A stretch of DNA of 64,000 nt. Origin: a virus. Lineage: Duplodnaviria > Caudoviricetes. Each line of letters opens with the position of its first letter. Position 1 is the stretch's first letter. The position numbers and the translations under genes are program-made. The stretch lies in IMG/VR virus record IMGVR_UViG_3300014059_000970, positions 58,805 through 122,804 of that record; one strand, 5' to 3'. Of this stretch, positions 44,228 through 54,266 are shown piece by piece. Under the pieces are notes generated by a model. It had not been told where the DNA came from. It worked only from the letters and a program-made list of their open reading frames with translations, and made no database searches.

Positions 44228-44288
44228 GGTTACTCCAATTTATGTTGACAAAATTGTTATCACAATCTTATACACCAAATCTTGGATA

Positions 44289-44837
44289 TCAACTATACAA
44301 TTCTGTATGTTCTATAATTATTAGGGGCCTTTTTTCATTTAGAAATTTTTCATAGGCCGGAAAAACTTCCTCTGTTGTTTTTAGCTCTAAAACTTCAATA
44401 TATTTGCATAGATGTTTAAAGGCTTCGCTATGGTTTGCCGTGTGTTGATGTCCTGCGTCAATTGGTTTTTTTGCACCTACTAAAATTTTTGTTAGTATTG
44501 GTAATACTTGTCCGGTTAATTGCTCCCATTTATCTATATGGTTAACAAGTTGGTCACAAGCTAATATAGCAAAATCGCATCGTGGATAGCAACTAATGGG
44601 CATAAAACCCTCTATTGCTAGACCAAGACAAAACCCTGCTTGCATATTTTCCGCAACAGGGAATTCCAATAACTTCTCTTTTGGATATTGATTAACTTGT
44701 CTAGATATGGCGTGGCCTTTAAATTGCATAGCCTGACCAACAAAAATTGCATTTGGGTCGGATGCTAAAAGGTCCATTCCGCGTTGAACGTATTCTAAAT
44801 ATGTCATAAAATTCCTAGAACGAGACAAAGGTTCCAA
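44289..44837 (-). CDS. TPP-dependent E1-beta/transketolase pyrimidine-binding domain (short)
   Basis: EFPVAEN, GLAIEG, DQLVNH and GHQH. Confidence 0.8.
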   Translation of the reverse strand: MEPLSRSRNFMTYLEYVQRGMDLLASDPNAIFVGQAMQFKGHAISRQVNQYPKEKLLEFPVAENMQAGFCLGLAIEGFMPISCYPRCDFAILACDQLVNHIDKWEQLTGQVLPILTKILVGAKKPIDAGHQHTANHSEAFKHLCKYIEVLELKTTEEVFPAYEKFLNEKRPLIIIEHTELYS

Positions 44838-45438
44838 CTCCTGAATGTGGCCATGTACTCTTAAACTTATAATAACTTATCTTACAATTATGGCAATCTT
44901 TTGCTAAATCACGCCAACGCACATAATCTACATAAGCGTGGTCGCCCCAAGCCTCATTAGTTGGAGTGTCAACTGACTTATTATTGTCTTCTACTATCCA
45001 AGTTATAGGAAGGTCGTGATTAATTGAATATCGAATACATTCATTAGCTATGCCAGTTAGAAATGTCATGTCTCCAATAAATGCAAAGACACGATTCTTC
45101 TTTTGTTTTCTTTTAAGACCATAGGCTACACCCGTAGCAATTGGACAGATTCCGCCAACAATAGCAGATGTATAGAACTTATATTCTGGAAAATTCATAG
45201 CCATTGACTCTCCTTCGAGTATTCTGGCTTTGACCTTTTCTGGAGGAATTCCTTTTAATAAGGCGTGTAAATGGTTTGCCCAAGTTGAAAACACATAGTC
45301 TTTATCATAAATAAAGTTGAATATATCTAAAAGAACTTCTTCATTACCGTTTCTTAAATGGATTGGACCTTTAATTATGCCCGTTTTATAAATCTCGGCT
45401 ATGTCGTTTTCAAAGTCTATTAGCTGTTTTTTGTTCAT
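44815..45438 (-). CDS. TPP-dependent E1-alpha-like protein (short)
   Basis: GPIHLRNGNE, SAIVGG and GD...EDN TPP motif. Confidence 0.82.
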   Translation of the reverse strand: MNKKQLIDFENDIAEIYKTGIIKGPIHLRNGNEEVLLDIFNFIYDKDYVFSTWANHLHALLKGIPPEKVKARILEGESMAMNFPEYKFYTSAIVGGICPIATGVAYGLKRKQKKNRVFAFIGDMTFLTGIANECIRYSINHDLPITWIVEDNNKSVDTPTNEAWGDHAYVDYVRWRDLAKDCHNCKISYYKFKSTWPHSGVGTFVSF

Positions 45439-46354
45439 AGTATTTTACAGTCTCTCTCAATCCATCTTCTAAAGAGGTTTTTGGTTCCCAGCCCAATTTT
45501 TTAGCTTTATCACAATTAAATATAACGGTCGTTGGAATGTCTAATTTTCCATTATACTTTATTGTAAGAGACTTGCCGGTAATCCTCTGTAAAATCTCGA
45601 TAATTGTCTCAACAGAATATGCCTGTCCGGCCCCACAGTTTATTAATTCATAAGGAGTAGTCTGTTGTTCTAGGCACCTATCTACTAAATCTACTAGGTC
45701 GCCCACATAAAGCAAATCTCTTCTAGCCTTACCAGTGCCCCAAACCTCTAAAGTGTCTGTGGCGTCACAAACCTTTTTAACCATAGCTGGTAACATATGA
45801 CACTTATCTAAATCGAACTTATCATAAGGTCCATATATATTAGAGTTTCTAAATACTGTAAATTTACAAGCTCCTTGACGGGAATAAAACTGTGCTAATT
45901 TCTCTGTATATACCTTCATATTTCCAACGCCAAAATATGTGGGATATAGCTCCTCTCCATCTTTCCAGTCTGTTTCGCTTTGAGGAGTGTCTTTTGGCTG
46001 ATACATAACTCCACAACTAAACCAAACGCATTGCTTAACCCCAAAAGTATGGCAATATTCCATAACTAGGGCGTTCATTCTTACATTATCAGTAACATGC
46101 AACCACGGTCTTTCTAAAGTATCTTTTGCGCCAGTCGTAACCGCCGCTGCGTGGATTACTATATCTGGTTTAACTATCCTAAATAGCTTATCAACATGTT
46201 CCTTATTAGTTAGGTCCGCCTGATGGCTATTAAAACCTTGTCTAAATTCCATTCCGTGATAACATTTAGTTATAATATATTTCTTATCTAGGTGATTTGC
46301 TAGGTTTGTTGCGATAAATCCGTTTGCGCCTAAAAGTAGTATTCTTTTTTCCAT
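45410..46354 (-). CDS. GDP-L-fucose-synthase-like SDR
   Basis: GANGFI, NIYGPYD and VWGTGKARRDLLY. Confidence 0.85.
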   Translation of the reverse strand: MEKRILLLGANGFIATNLANHLDKKYIITKCYHGMEFRQGFNSHQADLTNKEHVDKLFRIVKPDIVIHAAAVTTGAKDTLERPWLHVTDNVRMNALVMEYCHTFGVKQCVWFSCGVMYQPKDTPQSETDWKDGEELYPTYFGVGNMKVYTEKLAQFYSRQGACKFTVFRNSNIYGPYDKFDLDKCHMLPAMVKKVCDATDTLEVWGTGKARRDLLYVGDLVDLVDRCLEQQTTPYELINCGAGQAYSVETIIEILQRITGKSLTIKYNGKLDIPTTVIFNCDKAKKLGWEPKTSLEDGLRETVKYYEQKTANRL

Positions 46355-47046
46355 ATGTTATAAATCTCGTGTGAAGTTTTGTTTAAGTTTGGTACGAATA
46401 GGGCCGATTTCATATTACTAATATCGCCGGCCTTGTATATAAATTTGTTATCTTGTTTTGGAAATTTAATTAGCTCATGAAGTTTAACATTCTTTCTTGA
46501 TGTAAAATTAAAAATCCCAGTCAGTTTTCCGTATGAGTATTTTATAAAATCTAATAAGTCAGAATACAGAACCAAGTTATAATCAGACGATGTAGAAGTC
46601 CTAATCTCTGGCTGTAATGATGTTGCTATTGTTTTAATAGCTCCTCTTGTATATGGCCCCAAAAGAATTGAGGGGCGAATAATTAAAGGATTTGTAGCAG
46701 TTTTTAATACTATATCTTCTACTATTAGTTTTGTAACACCATATATTCCACAAACATCCCTAATATCTATTTCGTCATATTCTGTCCATAGTTTGTCGTT
46801 CTTTGGATAAACATCAATTGATGATATAAATATAAATTGTTCATGAGGTATTTTTATAAGTTCTTTTGCTAAATTTATTGCATTAGTTACATATTGTTCT
46901 GGATTACTAACGTCTTGTCCCCAAGCACAATGAATGATAGTTTCTTGTTGTAATAAATTAGTTGGTTCGTCTCTTTTAAATGGCGTACTTAACATCTGTT
47001 CTGATAAGTATTGTCCAAGTCCAGATGATGTGCCGGATATTATCAT
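46330..47046 (-). CDS. NAD-dependent epimerase/dehydratase (short)
   Basis: SGTSSGLG, IHCA, ISSIDVY and YGVTK. Confidence 0.8.
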   Translation of the reverse strand: MIISGTSSGLGQYLSEQMLSTPFKRDEPTNLLQQETIIHCAWGQDVSNPEQYVTNAINLAKELIKIPHEQFIFISSIDVYPKNDKLWTEYDEIDIRDVCGIYGVTKLIVEDIVLKTATNPLIIRPSILLGPYTRGAIKTIATSLQPEIRTSTSSDYNLVLYSDLLDFIKYSYGKLTGIFNFTSRKNVKLHELIKFPKQDNKFIYKAGDISNMKSALFVPNLNKTSHEIYNIWKKEYYF

Positions 47047-47399
47047 ATATCTACTTCTTCTAGGCCTTTATTCTTATCTAATTCTATTGCGGTTGCACAT
47101 GTTTGTCCATCCGGTCTTTTATCGTTAATTAAAATCCTTGGACAATGTCCGCACTCCATAATAAGTTGACTATAATACAACCCATTAGAAACTAATTGAT
47201 TATGAGTTAACTCTCTATGGCTTTCCGGTCTACCAGTTGTTATTATAATCTTATAGTGTTTATTAAACCATAGGTCGAACTTTTCTCTAACTCCAGGAAG
47301 TAATAGTTGATTATTACTATATAATGAATCAGCTACAGCTACCATACTATTTGGAGATTTAAAGACACATCCATCTAGGTCTAAAAAAATTGTTTTCAT
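47043..47399 (-). CDS. HAD-superfamily phosphatase (paralog of 41675)
   Basis: LDLDGC, LPGV, TTGR and LIND. Confidence 0.78.
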   Translation of the reverse strand: MKTIFLDLDGCVFKSPNSMVAVADSLYSNNQLLLPGVREKFDLWFNKHYKIIITTGRPESHRELTHNQLVSNGLYYSQLIMECGHCPRILINDKRPDGQTCATAIELDKNKGLEEVDI

Positions 47400-48304
47400 A
47401 CTAAACTCCTAATCATTTCAACTATCTCATTTTTGCTTGGAGTCATGTTATCACAATGAGAACCAAAACCAGCAGTTCTGTCCTCAAGACCCATAGTAAC
47501 ACAACTTTTGGCAAATCCAATTTGCGTTTGTATTATATACGCTATATGTTCAGAGATACCACACTGTGTGAAATCGGTATCTACAATAAGAACTTCTTTG
47601 CTAAAGATAATACTTCTTAATATTTCATTACTAAAGACCGCTGGTTTAAGTTGAAACTGATGAACTAAATTTATTTTATATCCTTCTTTTTCTAACTCTT
47701 CAACAGCCATTTCGGCTTCTAACCTAGCTGCTGATATAGCTATTATAGTCACATCTGGCGATTTATGGTCCAATTTATTCTCTAAATCTCTATCTAAATC
47801 ATAGGCCCTACGATGTTCACTACAAAAAACTGGCTCGTCATGAGTTAAATAATAATCCCAGACATACTGCCATTCTTTAGAGGTCATAGGGGCGAACACT
47901 TTAATTCCAGGCATATGACAAATAATACTATGGTGCATATTACTTGCAACCGGACCTATTCCACCCTCAACTCCAATACCTCTAATAAATACCGGGCATG
48001 GCATTCCCCACATCTCTTTAGATTTAGCGGCATAATTTACTAAACTAACAGCATTATACCATAAAAAGCCCTGAAACCTTATGACATAAATTGGTCGCCT
48101 TCCCATTAAAGCAGCGCCACAGACAACTCCTCCGTTAGACGAGTCAGAAGTTGGAAGTTCCTCTATTCCTTTATGGTTTGGTATATCATTTGGTACGGTA
48201 TTTTGAACAAATCCACACCCCAAAGCAGCCTGACAAAATAATAGTCCATTGTCTTCAACTAGATGTTTTCTTATATTGGATTTAATCGTTTCTCTTGTTG
48301 TCAT
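47396..48304 (-). CDS. TPP-dependent E1-beta-like subunit
   Basis: ELPTSD, LVNYAAK, MPGIKVFAP and EHR, with a transketolase C-terminal domain. Confidence 0.85.
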   Translation of the reverse strand: MTTRETIKSNIRKHLVEDNGLLFCQAALGCGFVQNTVPNDIPNHKGIEELPTSDSSNGGVVCGAALMGRRPIYVIRFQGFLWYNAVSLVNYAAKSKEMWGMPCPVFIRGIGVEGGIGPVASNMHHSIICHMPGIKVFAPMTSKEWQYVWDYYLTHDEPVFCSEHRRAYDLDRDLENKLDHKSPDVTIIAISAARLEAEMAVEELEKEGYKINLVHQFQLKPAVFSNEILRSIIFSKEVLIVDTDFTQCGISEHIAYIIQTQIGFAKSCVTMGLEDRTAGFGSHCDNMTPSKNEIVEMIRSLV

Positions 48305-49136
48305 TTTTGACCATATCCCATATTTTTCTAGCTTTAGTTTTTTCTTGTTCTTCTATTTTTTGATGCTCTGGTATTATTTTCTTAAAATCATCCAAAAAAT
48401 CATACTTAATACCGTCTTCCCCCGCCCCTACATGCCAGAAATGTCTACAAACTTTGATATTTAATAAATTTGGTATATTGTTTACAGCCAAATCTATTGC
48501 GTTTTCCATTAGGGACGGAACATTATTCCATTCATCTTCTAATGAAATCTCTGATTTAATCCCCATAGACCTTGCAACATCAACAACGTCCCAACTTCTT
48601 CTTTCTTTAGTTGGAGTTAGAATAGATAATCCATTATCTTCAATGATAAATAATATTGGAGACTTCTTTGTTATGGCATATCCCATTGCCCCTAAAACAT
48701 AATCCTCTTCTGCGGCGGCGTCTCCTAGAATAACAACTGTTAATATTTGACTAGAGTGCGCAGCTCCAGCAGCTATTGGTACTTGGTCACCTAATAATCC
48801 AGAATGGCCCCAAATTTGGTATTTGCCTTCATTATGACTGATAGACGCAGAACCACCATATCCTTTATTACAGCCCTTTTTACTACCACATAATTCATAC
48901 GCTAACTCTAGCGGCTTATCTGCGAAGGTTAGGTGATACGAATGCCCTCTATGTTGTGGAAAAATATTACAACGAGTAATTCCTTTTTTAATCAAGGCTG
49001 ACTTTAAGACAGGCGGTATAAATTCTGAACCAACAGATAAATATATTGGTGGCCTAACATAACCTTCTTTAAGGCCTTCTGCTACACAATATTCAAAATG
49101 TCTATTGAAACATGTTTGTCTAAAAATTTCTAACAT
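48282..49136 (-). CDS. TPP-dependent E1-alpha-like subunit
   Basis: YLSVGSE, HRGH, GYGGS and GDAAAEE...EDN. Confidence 0.85.
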   Translation of the reverse strand: MLEIFRQTCFNRHFEYCVAEGLKEGYVRPPIYLSVGSEFIPPVLKSALIKKGITRCNIFPQHRGHSYHLTFADKPLELAYELCGSKKGCNKGYGGSASISHNEGKYQIWGHSGLLGDQVPIAAGAAHSSQILTVVILGDAAAEEDYVLGAMGYAITKKSPILFIIEDNGLSILTPTKERRSWDVVDVARSMGIKSEISLEDEWNNVPSLMENAIDLAVNNIPNLLNIKVCRHFWHVGAGEDGIKYDFLDDFKKIIPEHQKIEEQEKTKARKIWDMVKNDNKRND

Positions 49137-49810
49137 TGTAAAGTTAATACTAAAATATCGTTGTCGGTGCTAAATTTTTCTAACATCTGTATCAGATTTT
49201 TACCATAAGATACATCTCCTGGTCCAGCCACTATTAGTTCTCCAGATTTAATATGTCCCTTTAGAATAACATATGTAAAATCATCATAAATGGAACTGTA
49301 TGGTTTTGCATGACTGCCATTTTTAAATGGATATCTTAATTCAACCATCCGGCCAATACATTTGCCCAACGGATAATGTATACAATTATCTCCCATTAAT
49401 TTTGGTTCTTTTAATTCTGTCAACGACGATTGACTATAATGGCTTTCATCTTCATATGGCTGACCGGCCCTTCCATAATTGTCTTCTAGTCTTACTAAAT
49501 CTAACTTATCTTTAGGGGTTTCTATTTCTATAAGTTCTACATCGCCAACAACCGCCGTGGTTTTATGAAAAACGCCCTGACGAATCATTATCTTTTCAGC
49601 GGGGAATAATCTATTTTCGCCATTTAAAAACGAGACCTTTGCCGCCCCCTGTAGAACAACCAGTCCAGTTTTTTTATTTGGATGTGCGTGTAATGATGTT
49701 GAAAATCCTTCCTTAATCTTCAAGTGCCATAGGGCTACATTTTCATTTTCATATAATAGGTATTCTTCTCCCCATGGCTTTTTAACTAACTTATTATGAA
49801 AATCTGTCAT
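49130..49810 (-). CDS. Cupin protein (type II mannose-6-phosphate-isomerase-like N-terminus)
   Basis: KPWGEE, TSLHAH, FH and IEIETP...DLVRLEDNYGR. Confidence 0.8.
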   Translation of the reverse strand: MTDFHNKLVKKPWGEEYLLYENENVALWHLKIKEGFSTSLHAHPNKKTGLVVLQGAAKVSFLNGENRLFPAEKIMIRQGVFHKTTAVVGDVELIEIETPKDKLDLVRLEDNYGRAGQPYEDESHYSQSSLTELKEPKLMGDNCIHYPLGKCIGRMVELRYPFKNGSHAKPYSSIYDDFTYVILKGHIKSGELIVAGPGDVSYGKNLIQMLEKFSTDNDILVLTLQC

Positions 49811-50448
49811 TGATTATTCCAAGTATACTCATTATTGTATGGCGGAAGTTTTGTAGAAAAGACTCGCTTCTTTTCAAATTCTTCATTCCTTCCTGCTAAT
49901 ACAGCAGTTATTCTGTCAACAAATTCTGGATTGTACTTATAATGTGAGCATGTTATGATATTCCTTTCTACTACTAAAGGCTCATTAGGATAAATATATC
50001 CGGCGTTTTCAATGTCGTGCTTTGTTCCTATATATCCCGTTAACTTCATCCCTCTCGGCAAATTATTCGCAGAAAGAAGAACCTGCGTTCCGTGACAAAT
50101 CGCGGCGACAATACTATCCTTATCAATATTATAACGGACGATAGCTAATAGTTCGGCATCTAATCTCATAACTTCTGGAGCAAATCCGCCGGGAATAACA
50201 ATACAGTCGTACAGCAACTTTCCAGAAGCCACTACTTCTTGGGCGGTTTTATCCCAAAATAACTTCGTTCCATTTTTTGCAGTAGGTTCTGGATATTTCC
50301 TTTTTGGAGCAAGAACTACTTCTACGTCTAGACCGGCCTTTTTAAGTTCTTCATATGGATATTCAAATTCTTCATATTGGACATCTTGTGCTACGAATAT
50401 TGCTACTTTAATCATTTTTAATCCAAATTGGTGGTTGTTTGTTATCAC
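49807..50448 (-). CDS. DJ-1/PfpI family protein
   Basis: EFEYP, IPGGFAPE and AAICHG. Confidence 0.9.
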   Translation of the reverse strand: MITNNHQFGLKMIKVAIFVAQDVQYEEFEYPYEELKKAGLDVEVVLAPKRKYPEPTAKNGTKLFWDKTAQEVVASGKLLYDCIVIPGGFAPEVMRLDAELLAIVRYNIDKDSIVAAICHGTQVLLSANNLPRGMKLTGYIGTKHDIENAGYIYPNEPLVVERNIITCSHYKYNPEFVDRITAVLAGRNEEFEKKRVFSTKLPPYNNEYTWNNQ

Positions 50449-51037
50449 ACTCTCTGACAGAGATATTAGAAAATTTCTCGTTAACAGCCCTAATTACATC
50501 GGGGTGTTCTCCATCATAATCATGGCCACATAAAATTCCTCCGTCTTTTACTTTTGGTAAGTATAATTCAATGTCTTTGACTACCGCTTCATAGCTATGG
50601 TCCGCATCAATAAAACATATATCTAGTGATTTATCTGGAATTAAATGAACCATATCTTCGGTTTTACCTTTTAATACATTACAGATATCCGAACATCCGG
50701 TTTCTTCTATATTTTTTAGAAAGAACGGATATACTACCTTGTCATATTCGTCTCTATAGTAGTGCCTATTTGTGTTTTCATCTAAATTAGTTGGTAGGTT
50801 CTCTTCAAAAGTTCCCATAAACCAGTCTATAGCATAGTATAGTCCTTCTACCTCTTTAATCATAGGCAGTATATATTTAGTTGTGGCTCCATCAAAACAG
50901 CCCAGTTCTGCAACTACCAGTCCAGGTTTTAGATTTTCTTTTACTAATTTTATAAAAGCGTCTGTTGGTGGATACGTTCCCCAAATATCTAGACTTTTAT
51001 TAAAAATTTCTTTAGTGTTCATACCGTTCTTCTCCAT
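50408..51037 (-). CDS. Class I SAM methyltransferase (Methyltransf_24-like)
   Basis: ELGCFDG, FIDADHSY and GGILCGHDY. Confidence 0.85.
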   Translation of the reverse strand: MEKNGMNTKEIFNKSLDIWGTYPPTDAFIKLVKENLKPGLVVAELGCFDGATTKYILPMIKEVEGLYYAIDWFMGTFEENLPTNLDENTNRHYYRDEYDKVVYPFFLKNIEETGCSDICNVLKGKTEDMVHLIPDKSLDICFIDADHSYEAVVKDIELYLPKVKDGGILCGHDYDGEHPDVIRAVNEKFSNISVRECDNKQPPIWIKND

Positions 51038-51765
51038 ACGTCTGGCGTATATTTATAATTATCTAAATCAATTCTAATTCTATCTGGTACTGTATGATGG
51101 ATATATTGATATAGTGGAGCATCTTCATATCCATGACTTAATTCAATCGGCATATGGTCAGACTGTCCATGCTCACAGTGACATAAACTTTCTTTAATAA
51201 ACGAAACTTTAACCCCGTCTCTTTGAGCCCTGACCGCTAAATCAGCATGTCCTAAACACGGCACTTGAAATCTTGTATCCCATCCACCCAAATACTTTAT
51301 ATATTCTGCCCAAAATATAGCTGAATTAAAAATCCACCATTCTGGATTAATATATTGAGCTTTTGGATATGCGTTGATTAATCTATAATAGTCATCACCA
51401 TGTAATATGTCGTTTCCTTCTGTATATTTTGTTAATACTACATGCTTTTTATTATCTGGTTCTTCCATTAAGGTGTCTATACATTTGTCTATTATATTAG
51501 GAACAAACATACAGTCGTCTGCAAAGTGCGTAACTATATCAAACTTTGCATTTACCAGTCCAATTTGCTGACATTTATTTGGAGAAGCTAAAGACTGGAT
51601 AAAACTTACATTGTCTTGTTTAATAGCTTTACATTCTGTGTTAGCTACAGGACCAATAAAAATTATTTCAAATGGATATTTAGTACAAGCAGAACTCATA
51701 GAGTCTAAAACTCTATCCCAATGCTCTATTCTAATACTTGGAACTATTAAACTAATACCTAACAT
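51019..51765 (-). CDS. GT2-like glycosyltransferase
   Basis: ISLIVPS, EIIFIGP, ADD, GGWD and DLAVR. Confidence 0.75.
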   Translation of the reverse strand: MLGISLIVPSIRIEHWDRVLDSMSSACTKYPFEIIFIGPVANTECKAIKQDNVSFIQSLASPNKCQQIGLVNAKFDIVTHFADDCMFVPNIIDKCIDTLMEEPDNKKHVVLTKYTEGNDILHGDDYYRLINAYPKAQYINPEWWIFNSAIFWAEYIKYLGGWDTRFQVPCLGHADLAVRAQRDGVKVSFIKESLCHCEHGQSDHMPIELSHGYEDAPLYQYIHHTVPDRIRIDLDNYKYTPDVWRRTV

Positions 51766-52515
51766 TTATACCTCTTCGTTATATTTGCAACCATTTGAAT
51801 ATAGTTTGTTGCGTAATTTATTTAACACATCAATATCATATCGGTCATTATGGTTAAATGACTGCATTCTATCAAAATCGCAATGTTGCTTAATCCACAC
51901 AGACTTTGGCCAAAACGACATACATCCATTAATATATTCAGCGTATACTCCAAGCCAATGGTCACAATAATGATGTTTAAAAGAAGTATTCCAACATACT
52001 CCATCCAAATATTTAAAAACATCCTCTCTTAAGATAACCGGAACATTTAAAGACTGATAAGGTATTTGATATTTATCGTCTATTGGTATTGCTTCATGCA
52101 ATGGATACAATGGCTCGTTAGTATATCCTTGCGGACTAACTGTTTTGTGCCAAGTTTGATGTCCCGGCCCCCAAAATTGGGGTATTAATTGTCCGACATG
52201 GATTGTTAGCTTTTTAAAATCTTCTGATTCCGTTTCTTTAAATGTATCTAAAAAGTTTTCTGGCAAAGAGTTGTCGTCTAATACATTAACGACCCAATCT
52301 CCATTTGCGTGTTCGTATCCTTTATTATAAGCGTGAACGCCTCCGCTCCTCTTATCATCTAAAACAAATTTGACTTCTTTATTATCTGCAAACTCGGTAT
52401 TGCTTGAAACCAATATAATTTCTTTATTATGACTTGGTAGGTCTAAAATACTCTTAAGTACGGTTTCGGCACAAAACCTTGGTTTTTCAGTTGCTAGAAC
52501 ATACGAAATTTTCAT
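51766..52515 (-). CDS. GT2-like glycosyltransferase
   Basis: AYNKG...LDD and FKHHYCDHWLG. Confidence 0.72.
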   Translation of the reverse strand: MKISYVLATEKPRFCAETVLKSILDLPSHNKEIILVSSNTEFADNKEVKFVLDDKRSGGVHAYNKGYEHANGDWVVNVLDDNSLPENFLDTFKETESEDFKKLTIHVGQLIPQFWGPGHQTWHKTVSPQGYTNEPLYPLHEAIPIDDKYQIPYQSLNVPVILREDVFKYLDGVCWNTSFKHHYCDHWLGVYAEYINGCMSFWPKSVWIKQHCDFDRMQSFNHNDRYDIDVLNKLRNKLYSNGCKYNEEV

Positions 52516-53425
52516 ACCACTCCACTGTTTGTTTTATTCCTTGACTCATTGGAGTAAACTCTAACTCACCAAGAATATTTTTCATTTTACTATTTTGTAA
52601 TAATTTACGTTTTTGGCCATCGTCTGAACCATTCCATCTAATCTCTCCATTAAATCCAGTAGCTTCTTTGACTAGGCCGGCTAATTCTTTTATTGATATC
52701 TCTTCTCCAGACGCTATATTTAGCAAATTAAAAGAGTCGTTATATTTTTCAAAAGCCACTGGTAGGTATTTTGCTACATCCGAAACATATATAAATTCTC
52801 TAAATACATTTCCGGCACCCCATAGCTCAACATATTCTTCATTATTTTGTTTAGCGTCATGGAATTTTCTAATCAGCGAACCCATTACTTTTGTTTTATT
52901 TGGGTCAAAAGAATCGTAAGGTCCGTAAACATGGTTAACGCATACATTTATGCAGTCCATTCCATATTGTTTTTTTATCTGCCTTCCGTATTCAACTAAT
53001 ATCTTTTTGGCAAATCCGTGGGCTTCAACAGACTCATGAGGACTACCTTTAAAGAAATCTGTTTCAGACAAAGGATAGTCTGGAGAATATGCACACGAAG
53101 ATATTAAACAACAGGTTTTTTCAACGCCCGTTTCTTGACTTGCCTTTAGTACATTTAATCCTAATTGGGAAGTCCTATAAAAAATATCGGCCGGATATAG
53201 GCTATTGAATTTAATGTTCCCATTATAACCAGCGAGATGAAAAACATAATTTGCGCCTATTTGTTTAAACACATCTTTTGTTGCTTTAAAGTCTAATAGG
53301 TCAAAATGTGTATGTGGAATGGCGTATACAAACGAACCCAATTTTTTAAGTTCACTAATTAGTGCCCTACCAATCATACTATCTGGGCCAGTAACAATTA
53401 CTACCTTATCTTTAAGTAAGGACAT
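52487..53425 (-). CDS. GDP-L-fucose-synthase-like SDR
   Basis: SSCAY, VYGPYD, LIRKF and WGAGNVFREFIY. The catalytic YxxxK reads HGFAK. Confidence 0.85.
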   Translation of the reverse strand: MSLLKDKVVIVTGPDSMIGRALISELKKLGSFVYAIPHTHFDLLDFKATKDVFKQIGANYVFHLAGYNGNIKFNSLYPADIFYRTSQLGLNVLKASQETGVEKTCCLISSCAYSPDYPLSETDFFKGSPHESVEAHGFAKKILVEYGRQIKKQYGMDCINVCVNHVYGPYDSFDPNKTKVMGSLIRKFHDAKQNNEEYVELWGAGNVFREFIYVSDVAKYLPVAFEKYNDSFNLLNIASGEEISIKELAGLVKEATGFNGEIRWNGSDDGQKRKLLQNSKMKNILGELEFTPMSQGIKQTVEWYENFVCSSN

Positions 53426-54266
53426 ATCCTTCGCCTTCCGCTAGTTCTTCATATGATTTATATTCTTGTCCAAACCTTACTTTCCACGGCTTATCAAATT
53501 GTTTGTAATTATTGATATCAATATGGGTTTCTCGTGGATTGCTCCATAGTTCATCAAATACAGGCTTGTCTATTACATCTTGAACCGCAACTATTGGTCC
53601 GTGGTCTTTACTTGTTCCTGGAGCCCAATCTGCTTTGGATACTCCAAGTCTAGAATGGTATACTATAGACCCATTTAATTGGGCTCGAAATATTAAGTCA
53701 TGATGAGAATGATTAGAGTATTGAAATCTACAATCTAGTCCGCCAATTTCTAATATATAGTCTCTTTTCATTAGGGGCTGACAAGAAGTTTGCCAACTTC
53801 TATTTATGTATGGTAGCCAAAACTCTGGAAAATTTCTAACCATCCAGTTTTGTGGACCTTGAATTTCGCCAGAATAATCCCGTCCTTCTGAATATAACAT
53901 ATTAATGATATCTATGTCTCTCAAATTTGAGAAATACCAGTCGTTAACACATTGCTCTATGGCGTTTGGAATAAAAACAGCGTCATCGACAGTCTGATAT
54001 ATAAACTCTTTCTCTGCTGCCAAAAATCCCTTTTGGATACATACTCCCACAGGAGCGTAACTCTTAATATATTTTACTGGGTAATCTAATTTTGGCGGGT
54101 CAAAAGGCCCAACAAAAATGACCTCCCAATCATATTTGCCAACCGATTCTTTAAGGGTTTTACAAACGTTTTCCCAAAGATGAGTTCTAATTCCCGGTAT
54201 AACTACAGATATCATTTTGTTGCCTGAAGATTTAAAGAAAGTAATATGCCGCCGTTTTCTATCCAT
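53412..54266 (-). CDS. GT2-like glycosyltransferase (paralog of 51019)
   Basis: ISVVIPGIR, EVIFVGP, VDD and GGLD. Probable start is MISVV. Confidence 0.75.
   Translation of the reverse strand: MDRKRRHITFFKSSGNKMISVVIPGIRTHLWENVCKTLKESVGKYDWEVIFVGPFDPPKLDYPVKYIKSYAPVGVCIQKGFLAAEKEFIYQTVDDAVFIPNAIEQCVNDWYFSNLRDIDIINMLYSEGRDYSGEIQGPQNWMVRNFPEFWLPYINRSWQTSCQPLMKRDYILEIGGLDCRFQYSNHSHHDLIFRAQLNGSIVYHSRLGVSKADWAPGTSKDHGPIVAVQDVIDKPVFDELWSNPRETHIDINNYKQFDKPWKVRFGQEYKSYEELAEGEGYVLT

Noticed and set aside
44289-49136. Pyruvate dehydrogenase AMG
   Set aside because: No E2 or E3 is present, the subunits are short, and the context is nucleotide-sugar biosynthesis.
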